From Marsupella aquatica (lineage: Eukaryota > Plantae > Marchantiophyta), in NCBI GenBank assembly GCA_973895155.1, contig OZ316893.1, positions 124,001-188,000 on the forward strand: a stretch of 64,000 nucleotides of DNA, written 5' to 3'. Shown one piece after another: positions 26,901 to 37,718 of this stretch (position 1 is the stretch's first letter; each line of letters begins with the position of its first letter). The notes beneath the pieces are model-generated. The model did no database searches. It saw only the letters and a program-made list of their open reading frames with translations, and was not told the DNA's origin. The position numbers were made by a program, and so were the translations under genes.

Positions 26901-29580
26901 AAAACACCTCCGACACCTGACTCAATAATGCCTCAATCGTTCCAGGATGATGGCATCCACTCGTCGGTGTCCGCATTATCGCTATCCAGAAATTCTTCCC
27001 TTCCCCATTCCTTCAGACCTCTCTCTGAGCTTCGCTTCTTCTTCAAAGGTCGGTAATACTTTGCCAAATGCTCCTTCTTCTCACGACGCCTCATCTTTCG
27101 ACATTCCTCCCGGCGGTTCCTCTTTCGTTGCTCCTCCGCAACCTTTGAAGGCTTCTTCTATTTCTCTTTCTTTTCCTCCCCCACCTCATCCGCAACAGGT
27201 GCCTGGTCCTTGGTCTTGTCATGAATAACCACAGTTTGGTTGCTAAGAGGAGGAATGCTTGCCATTTTTGCAGCATCTCCAGAGTTGAAACTATCGGACG
27301 GATCCCAGCACACAAAGAAGTTGGACAGCTGCTCATTCACATCAACTGCCTGTAATGCACTATTACTCTTCTCCGCATGTAAAGCCGAAGAGCTCCTCAC
27401 TCGTCTCCCAGGTGCCATTATGAAAGTTAAGCAAAATCACAACGATCCAAAATGGTTGCCAAGCGCTCAAGGAGGAGATGAAAAGCGCATTGATCAAAAG
27501 GAGCCTTTAAACCTTTAACCTCCGGCATGCAGCAAACTGAGCTCATCCCAGCCAAATCCCGTGACCCGGCGCCAAACCATCATCGTGACCACAACGGACA
27601 CGAGCCAAAGATCGACATGCGTGCCATTGCGGTCAATTTCACATTGAGTACAAGTACACACCTTTCACTTTCAGAAGGTTGAAAATGATGGGTCTAGTGC
27701 TAGGTAGTTCGGCCTACAACCTTAAATCATTTCTTTAGCTAACGGGGAAAGCAAAAGGCGTCAACAAACGATGGGACCCACCCTGTCAGTTCTCTATCGG
27801 GGTTTATTTTTTACCCGTGCACGAAGGTAACTCTCAAATCCAATCAGAGCGACGCCAGTACATATGCTAAGAAAGTGGTGAACAATAATATTTCTAAAAG
27901 CTAACCGGGGTCGAGGAAGTGATTGGAACCAACCACCTCCAAGCATATCCCCACCTCTACTTGAGTTGAGGCTCGCCCATTGTTCTACCATAGTCCTGAA
28001 CCCGACAATTAGGAAATACCGTGCATCACCAAAAATCTTCCACGCGAGTCTCGCGTCGAGCAAGGTTTCTTAGTTACAGCTTTTTATGAACCTGTCCCCC
28101 TAACTTGCCGGAATTCGTAAGCTGTCCCCCAAACAATTTTATTTACTTTCCTGCCCCCCCCATTCCGTAAACGAAGTAGTATGTTCTCATCCTGGTGTTC
28201 CGGAGGCGAGGTGGCAAGGCGTCATTGGCCCGTACATTTCCCTAGAGTATTCCTTCCCCCGTCCCTGTCACGGCCCGTTTTTGTGATGCAGGGACATGCT
28301 TTAGACCCGGGACGAACCTGTGCTCCCCCTACGCCCTAGCCCTGACCTCTGCTGCCCCTACGCCTTCACGAACCCCCACCCTCAGCGGACCCTGACCCCC
28401 GGCCTTTGCCCCCTTAGACCTCCGCTGCCCCTGCCCTCGGACCAAATATTGACCTCTCACGCTCAGAAGGGTGTCCGACAAAGATCTTTTGCCTCTCTTC
28501 TTGATCTTCTTGAAGCTCTCATATGTTCCAGATTATATGCATCGCCCCATTGCCTTTGCTTGGGTTGGTATCCACATTCAGACCATCCTTACGATACCCA
28601 ATTCCATGCTTCGTAATCCATCAAGTAAATGGATTCTTGTACTCCCCTGGCCAGTAAGAAAACTTGCAGTCAACAGCACACTTCATTGACTGCTGCTTGA
28701 TGATGACTGGTGTTCGGCTGCTGTTTGGCAAACTGCAGTGCGCAAACCCTAAATGTTTTGGTTCCACTTATGTGGTCACGTTCGACTTCAATCCTACCTA
28801 AAACTTACAAATGCTTCGAACATGGCTGCTACACTCATTTACTTGCCATTAGCAGACTGTAATTTCATCATGGAGCGCCCTCGCGACCCACTGTGGCTTG
28901 TTGATTCCGATGAGTTTGTCACTGAAAATTTGTTTTTGGGGCTGTGGAATTACCCAAGCTGGCCTGAAAGAGTGAAGGTGCCATTCGAGAAGTACTTTGG
29001 CAAAGTGTCACACTTCCAGAAGACGTGGCCCTCTGTGCAAGTCCTACCGATTTTGTGGGATGACTTTTTCCAATTTGCAGAGGAAGTGTTGGTCTCGACA
29101 TCGTCTCTCCACAAGGAGTTGTTGGAATGAATTGTTCTATCGTGAACACTAGAGAAGTAGGCAACATGTCAAATGAATTCATACCAATTCTGGAATAAGA
29201 AGAATCCATGCATAATGAAATGACACAGAGAGTAACACCAACAATAAACATATATCACATTCTAGTGACAGAGAGCAATTCATTGTCATAAGCAAATATA
29301 GGTTGTTGTGACAAGAAAAGAAGGTGTACATCAATTATTATATAAAAATCTGTTACATTTTTCCCTATGACGGATGTACCAAAGGGCACAAAACAAATAT
29401 GCACACATAACACACACTAGCCATCCAAATCATAAAACTTCAAAGACCGAACGAGGTCCTCTATAGCTTCTCCAACAGGTTTTGCTGGTTTTTTGTCTGT
29501 TTTCTTTGGTGTGCTACCCGATGTGCTGCCGTGGCTTCCTATAGGGGAATGTGGAGTGACTCGCTCCCTGTGCTTCACAT

Positions 29581-30110
29581 TCACTGTGGAGAAACAAAGC
29601 ATGCCTGGGTGGGAGGGAGATGCACTACAGGACGTTCGTCAAAGAATGTCAAATGCTGGACTTTGATTTGAAAATCATAAACAGACAGCCAAATCTTAAC
29701 CCTCGGTGACTCCTGCATAATCGAATGCAAGAACTCGATCTGGGCATGCTCTGTGCACATCGAAAAGTTTATTGCATCACAATCTAGGAGAATTTCTGCA
29801 ACATCCCAGACTTGAGCAGTGACAGGTTTCACGTCCCCATGAATTGCGTCAACGATGCGTATACCAAATCTGAAAGCATACCTCCCTGGAAGCATGTGGT
29901 CACACTTGGGTCCGAATTCAAGGGATTTCGCACACATTCGGCCTGTTTTCAGTCTGTAAGGACAAGCTAAATAGACGAATCTATGAGGATGGGGATTAGT
30001 CGCCACATAGTTCACTGCCCACACTAGAGAAGGGGAGAAAACTTCATTGGCTCCTGCGGCCCTTCTTTCCTCCACTTCACCTAGTGTAGTCCATGAAACC
30101 ATTCTCAAAC
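29581..30110 (-). pseudogene. RPA1 (RPA70) C-terminal OB-fold/Zn-like fragment
   Basis: FVYLACP...CAK...C...YAFRFGIRIVD...VWDVAEILL follows the Rep_fac-A_C pattern (YxACP..CxK..C..YRxxxxIxD..AExLLG). Confidence 0.6.
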
Positions 30111-31099
30111 TCTGCAATGCAGTAGCACTACTCAGTTGAAACACGGCGCACAAATATACCAGAATGAGCAAGTAATCGAAATGCATTCCAACAACACAAG
30201 CTTCAGAAAACAGACTTCACCTGGCACTGAATGTATGGCTCCTTGCAGCCCCGCTGAATTTCTGGATTGCGTAAGCTCAATCGCCTGCACAAGCTCAATC
30301 GCCTGCCAATTCCAGAATCGATGCACCCACGTCTCCCAGCTAGGTCCACACCAAAGCCCTGTCAGTGCTCTCGAAGTTAGCAATCGAGTGAACCAAGTTC
30401 CAAGTCGAAGATGCAGATCGGGAGTACTGAAAATCCGAGCATGACACGCCCGCATCAGTCATAGTTTGAACGATCTTCAAAAAGGCATACAGTGTTCGCG
30501 CTTCAACTTGGGCCATCCCTCCCGTTAGCTACAGTTCACGGGTTACGTCTTAGGGTCACGACACAAAATTACGGGAGCCGGTTTTGGCCTCCCATAACCC
30601 TTATGGAGTAGTCCGTAACTTCCAAGTTATGGACCGGTGTTAATGGGCCCCACCTCTACTCTGAGACGCCCTAATGAATACGATTTGTCGACCCCGTTTA
30701 TTTTCTACGGTGAGTCTCGTGCACATGTTTTGACATATTTCTCTTTGTCCTAACGGAGTTCGATCCGTTATTTTCATTTTGACACGCTTCGGATTGAAAT
30801 TCCAATGGTGGCCAAACTTGAGAATATTTTGTCGACTATGAATTCGTGGTCTTTTGAATTGCAACCAATTAAAGGTAACTATCGTTTGATTGTCAATGGA
30901 GTTAAAACAGAGAATGGATGAAGAAACTTTGTGAGTTTTGGCACTATCGGGGACTGTACAAGATTTGCGTCCCCAAAGGAATTTCAAGCAGATGGTTGGT
31001 TGATCCACTTCATGGGTTCTGCTCAGCACATTGTCTGGAACATTACAAATAAGAACACGAATGTTGTCTAATGCGGTTTCTTTGATCCTTTGATGGATA

Positions 31100-32430
31100 G
31101 ATTAGATGGCTGTCACCTGATCGGGTCTTTAAGGCAGATGAAATTATTCTGGGTCTTGGACGTGTCTCCTATGTCATGAAGCAGTCGGAATATGTTATCT
31201 CTCGGACACGAGAGGTGGATCACATAATGCGGATGAAGATCCCAGACGATGACTAGAGGAGAAAGATGACTATTTCTCCGAATGTTGTGTTCATGAAACT
31301 TTTCAATGAGAGACAAAGGTGGAGGAATGGATTCAAGGGCATCCAGTAATCCATGACTGGATGCGCCCAAAGAAGAAAGAAGCTGGTGGAAAGGAGATGA
31401 TTAGGATTGTCGATGATCATGAGGAGGATGACGAGCCCGCATCTGGAGAGAAAAAGTCCCATGAAACAATTTATGTATATGAGTCAAGAAACGAGGATGA
31501 TGGAGAGAAGGGAACTGTCCAAGAAGAGAGCAAGAAGACTATTCAGAATCAGGCGGAGTCAGAGATAGAGTCAGAGTCGACTGGTTCAAAGGGTGGGGTT
31601 CAGCCAACCGACGATGATGTTGAGAGCGGGGAAATTCAGCAGAATGAGGTCATCCCCCCCACCAAAGCCTACAAAACAGAAGCGATACACAAAGACTTCA
31701 AACTAAGCCAGGCAGTAGCCGCAATCATGGGGATTTGGGATGTAACAACCATGGATCCAGAGCCGGCCTTTGAAGCCAAGGACTCTTCCCCCGTTGACAT
31801 GACCCCGGAGCAGGCCGGTTTCTCACCACCATAGTTGACCAGACCTTGGCAAGCCTATCCGGGTGACAAAGGCAAGAAGTGCAGGGCCAAGTTCACCGTC
31901 AGGAGGAACAGGCAATTCCCGGAAAGTTTCTCATCGACTTGCTGGGAAATGTCGCCAGGAATGTCTGCCTCGAGATGGGTTTGCTCTTGACAATGAAAAA
32001 GGATGGTATCCTTGAGGGACATCTTCACTGCCACCGAAGCCGAGTACCAGGCTTGCTAATATCAGTGGGAGGATACGGAAGACCGACGCTACACTGAGAC
32101 TACCGAGGCGATCAAAGCACATGTAAAAGAGGCCATCGACAAAATAAATGAGTATGTGGCTTGCTCATTCATCACGACCATGGACAAGGACGATCATTGT
32201 CGTCCTCTCGAGCCCGAGGTTGATCGCCTTAGGCGAGACGTCAACGAGCAAGGCCAGCTAGCAGACATGCTGACGAGTAACATCCACGACTTGGAGGACG
32301 CCTCTGAGGAGGAGGTCACCAGATCCAGATCCGGGTCCTACAAGAGGACACTGATCGTCTGCGGGGTCATCCGGACTGGCGGTCCGGATCTAGTTCGGGG
32401 TGGGACTAGCAAGCATGCCAAGCATTAGGG
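31100..32430 (+). pseudogene. Decayed acidic/coiled-coil ORF, probably TE-derived
   Basis: Acidic low-complexity segment (31319-31834) and a heptad-like segment EVDRLRRDVNEQGQLADML. It has several breaks and no recognisable catalytic motif. Confidence 0.3.
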
Positions 32431-33119
32431 GCGGGATTCACGGAAGATGGAAGCACCAGCGTCCGGGCGACACTGGCTAAGATTAGGTTGGGATTACACC
32501 GCTGGCTTAGCTCAGGCTGCAGGTATTAGTGTAGGGCGTCTCAAACCCCCTCAAACCCCTACACGTTGTCAGACTCCTTCGGGTCACCCGGATGCCTCTG
32601 GTCCCTGCCCGCCCGATATTGAACACCGGTACCCAAAATCGGACTATCAAGTCCTCCCATTTTAATTATGCCTCGCTTTGTTCGCAGTTACAATCATTTC
32701 CGGGACGCCAGGAGATTGGTACCTATAAGCTTTTCTAACATCAGTTGCTATTTTCAAGGTTCACACACAATGCGATAATCAGATAGTTCAACATTTGGTT
32801 ACGCAGCTTGTTTTCCAACCTTGTAATTAGAATGAAGAGAATTTTGCAAGTGTTTGTATTTCTGTGAAAGCTCGTGATGAGGAACGGAATGAGGAGAGCA
32901 AACCCGACCACCTACCTAACCCGGGCAGCCCACGCCAGTGAAATACCGGGTGCCAAACTGTATTACTAAAAACATAAGTTTCAGTCAGTAGCCCTAGTGC
33001 GTAGTGGTAGACTTAGTAGTAGTAGCGGTAGTAGTAGGGAGGCAAAGTTTTAGCCGGGGCACAAGCACGAACGGTCGTGGGTTTAGCATGGGTTATGACT
33101 ACCCCGCCCACTAAACCCT

Positions 33120-36100
33120 TTACCCACCCCATCTCGGAATATATACATCCTGAACAGCTGCTCCGTCTGGCCTTGTGTGCGAGTGGTGTCTCGGGCGATT
33201 GCCTCCACTTCGGCTTGGCGTAGTAGCCGCGCCTTCCAGGCACACGTCGCAGGCCAAGCCGCCGGGGAGCAGGGCACAAACCTGTGCCTTCCCGTCCATC
33301 TCAAGGTGAAGGTTGTATCACCGACAAATGGTATTTTTCGCGATCCATTGGTGCGCAATCTTCATGCTCTCCTGGTTGACTCCTTCGATTTGCACGGATG
33401 GCGCGGACAACGCCCAGGCACGATAGTCCTTGTGTGAAACCACCACGCACACTCTGGGCCGGCCGTCCCCTCCACATCTGCCCGACTCTTGGTGGTAGTC
33501 TTCCAACCCATAAAAGCCTCCCCGATGCACGACCAAGCGAATGCTGGGATAGTTATATCCGCAGGAGATCACTGAGGTTGCCACCATGACTTTAGGCGTG
33601 CCCGCCTCCCAACTTTGTAGCTTGCTAAGTCTATCTGCCTTCACGATGTCGGAGGTTAAGAAGCAGCTTTGGACATGATGTAGTCGTAGAGTTTGATCCA
33701 AATCCACAACTTCATTCTTCGTCATAGTGTATACCAGGGCTCTGTCCTCTGTGCCGGCGGCGGCCATCCAATCATGTAGAAGTTCCGCGATTTTCAAATC
33801 CAGCCGGGCCTCATCGTCCACAACTCTGTACTCGAGGTTGGGTCGTGTTGTACAGGACCGAATCACCTTCCATGGACTTCCCAACTTCCACCATAACGCC
33901 GCTTCCTTGCGGGGCGGTAGAGAGGCCGTCAATCCAATCAGCTGACAATGAAGTCGGGAAAGCCAGAGAAGCTGTGCCATGGATTGACGGTAGGGACACA
34001 ACACCTGATGCACCTCGTCTATGACGATTGAATGCAATTTGCCGGCGCAAATGAGTTGTCTGGCCCAACTTTGGAAACTCTCTTGGATGGCAATCTCGAC
34101 AGGGACAAACACGAGCGGAGGTGCCTCTGCCACAGGGATACAGCTCACCCTGAACTCCGAACAATCAAAACCTGCAGCCCTGCACTCCGCCAGCTGAGTG
34201 TGGATCAACACATACAGAGGAACTATGACAACCACCGTCTTTCCGCTACTCCGAGCGGCTGCCATGAAAACGGCCGATTTCCCGGAACCCGTGGGTAGGA
34301 TGGCTACAAAATTCTGCATGTTGTCCACCGCCGTGGCGACTGCAATTGCCTGCTCACGCGTCTTCCAATCCCTATGACCAAGGCTGAAAAGTGCAATCCG
34401 TGCTTCATACATCGCAGCAGGGTCCAGGCCCTCCAGTTCATTGCCATGATCGGTGTTTGATCCATCATCACATCTGTGCAGGATCCGGATTCGCTTTGAG
34501 GGCGGAGCGAACTCAACTTCCACACCTGGGTGAGGCCGGACCACTTCTGTGCCTGGCCACAGCTCAGGCTCAGGCTCGGCCTCGGCCTTGGCCTCCTGGT
34601 GTCTCCTAAGGTCTGTGGGCAGCCGCAGTAAATGGTGAAGCTTCTTTGCGACAAACGTAAAGTTCCTCCACTCATGTCGATCAACAACTCTTAAATCCTG
34701 GCTATTCTGTGCATAGTTATGGCCAGCGGTGGACACCGAATGGCCTGCAGATGCATCCAGCCGCTCATTAGCCAGTGATATCTGCAGCTGGAACCGAATG
34801 GGCTCGGAAAAGAACGTTATAATGTGCCGATGAGGCCTAATCCCAAACGGGGCCTTAAATCATTTCAGGAACTCCCTCTCCACACCTGCACTCACATGCC
34901 ATGTTGAACGCCTTTTTCCGGTTTCAACAAACCAACAATCCGCGTACACCGCTGCTTTCTCTCGACCCCACAATTGACTCGCAACGAACACCTGCACAGG
35001 CCTCACCACGGTAAGGTACTGGAGGAAGGCTAGCCTCAGACATAGGGGTAAGAACCGAACAATGTGCTTCGAGCGTCTTCGACCACACGTTTTGTTATAT
35101 GTTTGGTGTATCACCAAGGTCCCTTCTGCCCACAGGAACGTCCGTTGGTTGGTTGTCGTGTTGCGGATCAAGAAACTGCCGTACTCTGCTGCCCTAGCTG
35201 GCTGACCCGATGTAAAATGCAGCAGCCAAGTGAGCCGGTCGTTCAATCTATCGGCGGCGGCCAGCCATTCGCGTAGGGCCTTCTTGTTCCACATCTGGAT
35301 GCCGTTCTCGTCGTAGCGATGGACAAAATGTGATGATCTCATGTCATCGGAGAACAGATGCTGGTGCAAATCGTGCCTGTGCTCGTGGAACGGGTTTCTT
35401 TCTTCGGTGAGGAACGAGTATCCGTTCCTATCTTTGTTGAGCTCGTCCACAATTACGCTGCCCCCGGGTACCAACAGTCGCTCCAACCAATCCGTGTCCA
35501 GACCCAGAAGAACTTGTTCCCGCATGAGGACGGTGCATTCACTAATCACCGCCATCACCATTTCTCTATAGCCGTCCAGTGTGATTGGGTAACCGTTCAC
35601 TTCGCATTCTGTGTAACCGGGCTTTGATGCAACGAGATCCGGTCTTTTCGGCTTTTCACCGACAAGCGAGCAGATAAGGGTCTGCCAAGAAGAAATGTAG
35701 CCGAATGGTGTCTCTATTAGCCTGGGTTTATCCTCCACGTACGCCAGAATTGCTCTCGCATCTTCGACATCCAGGTCATCCGCTGCCGCTCGATTCCAAA
35801 GAGTGCGACATAACTCCATTTTGATTGCCGCTCGGCACCAGAATTTCATCATTGACAGCATTGGGGTGACATCTGTGGATTCCTTCCATGCATAACCAGT
35901 GGAGAGCGCGCACGCTTTGAGCGAGGACAGGATCAAAAACTGCAAAAAAAAATTGTCCGTCAATTTCCGGGCTACCACCTTCGTCGGATGTGGGGGGGTC
36001 CACAAACCGAGCAACAGGTCGTGTAGGACAGTGTAGTCAAAGTGGTCCGGGTCTATGGGACCCTCTGGAAGGGACTCCAACTGGATCTTTAGGGCTTGGA

Positions 36101-37396
36101 GAAGGACCTTCAAGCGGTCGGGAGCCTTCACAACGAGGAGCACATGGGAGCCTGGAGGATCACATGCAGAAAGCAATAAAGTGAACAGGAAATTTGTCAT
36201 GACCGAGCAATACTTCTCTATCGTGGACTCCTGGAGGAACTCGGTGAATCCCTGTGGAGAGTCAGGACTCACAACCAATGTCCTCACTCTGAAATCCGCC
36301 TTGACCAAGACTTTTTGCACAAGCGTGGCATACGAGAGCACAACATCCGGGACCCGTGCATATGGGGAACCTTCCCGGCGAGCCAAACGCATGGGACCAC
36401 TGATATCGTTGTACGTTGAATTCTCTGGTATGAGTCCTGCCGCAACCTTCACCCATCCAGTGGCTCGCAACCACGCGGATAGCTCTCGAGGGGGAGGATC
36501 GTTCTGTGCGGGGAGCGTCCGCTCCATCTCAAGAATTGCCTTGGACAGCGCGGACTTCAGGCTTTGGTTGCTACCTCGGGCTCGGTCGGGTGGACATCGG
36601 ACTGCAAAGTACTTCTTCCCGACACCTTGAACAAGACATTGAACACTACTACTGCAACACATGGTCATATCGGTAACTTGGGGATGCACTCGTATTGTGT
36701 GATTATGCATAGTCTTCTTACTTGCGCTGTGGTAGGTAGTGCAAAAGGGGCACGAGTAGCCTCTGCGGACAACGATACCGGGGACTGGGGAGACTAATCC
36801 CCGAATACAATGATCCCACACTGCATTGGGGGGGTTAATTGCATCCCCATGATGGCCGTAGACAGCTGTCGCTCATCTTGTCGGCTCCATAAGCTTCTTC
36901 CCCCATTCCTACGGAGGGGCGCGAAATCCTTCCAGACATGCCTGCAAACCGTCCCCACGCTGGAACCGTCCAGGATAACATTGCAAGTAACGCACAAGAG
37001 CAATGCCATGCCCTCGTACTTCACCACAGACAAATCTGCTCGACTTAACACATCTGGGGTGTCCACAAATTCTGAGATTGTCGCCACCCGGGGACTTTCA
37101 TTACTGGGAACCGAATCACCCGAATCGCCTGCTGGGACCGATGCATGACTACGGGTTGTCCCTTGGATGTGTTCTCTGGCATAATGGTTCTGCAAGCGGT
37201 CCGGTCGACGGAAGCGAGACAAGCAAGAACGGTGAGGGCACGGCCAATCACGAGCTACGGATATGCGGACTGAAGATCTCATGCCATCAGCCTCGACGAC
37301 ACTGCAAATCGACTGATGAACTACTCTCCTATGAGCGGCTCTTTGAGAAACAGTAACAAACTCCATTCCAGGACACCCATCGCACCGGAACGTCAT
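33120..37396 (-). pseudogene. C2H2 - DUF3505-like - tyrosine-recombinase-like - RecQ helicase fusion (fungal telomere-linked-helicase-like)
   Basis: The ORFs 36794-37396, 34860-36821 and 33318-34736 plus a tail to 33120 join through one frameshift (near the G7 run at ~36830) and two in-frame TGAs. Helicase motifs: LPTGSGKS, VIVPL, DEVH, LTAS, RPNL, VATS, QESGR, and a Zn tail CR*...DG...C...CDVC. YR-like residues: GQPAR, YNKT, HRH, AGHS...Y. Confidence 0.85.
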
Positions 37397-37529
37397 CGTA
37401 ATGTCTGCTAGCGAATGAACGGGCTGGGTAGTTATATGTGGCCAAAAATATCATTCAGCTCCAATCGAGCATGATGATATAATTGCACCCACAACCACTT
37501 TTTGTCGGATGAGACTGAGGGGGGGCTCC

Positions 37530-37718
37530 AGCTTGTCATCCGAGAGCAATGGCAGACGCCAACCATTCCCTTTACACCTCGACTAGCTTGTCATCCGAGA
37601 GCTATGCCAGATGACCCTTTATACCCCGACTAGCTTGTCATCCGAGAGCTACGACAGACCCAACGATAATTCCCTTCGTACCCCCGACTAGCTTGTCATC
37701 CGGGAGCTATGGCAGACT
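37530..37718. repeat. Four spaced copies of AGCTTGTCATCCGRGAGC upstream of the helicase gene
   Basis: Copies start at 37530, 37585, 37632 and 37690 (periods 55, 47, 58). Confidence 0.9.

Noticed and set aside
25780-27430. Possible LINE remnant or gene on the minus strand
   Set aside because: It is too degenerate, with only weak zf-RVT-like hints.
33318-34736. Host RecQ gene
   Set aside because: It has no introns, is fused in frame to upstream YR-like and DUF3505-like regions, and is disrupted by stops.
37530-37718. CRISPR-like array
   Set aside because: The spacers resemble one another and vary in length, there are no cas genes, and the context is eukaryotic.
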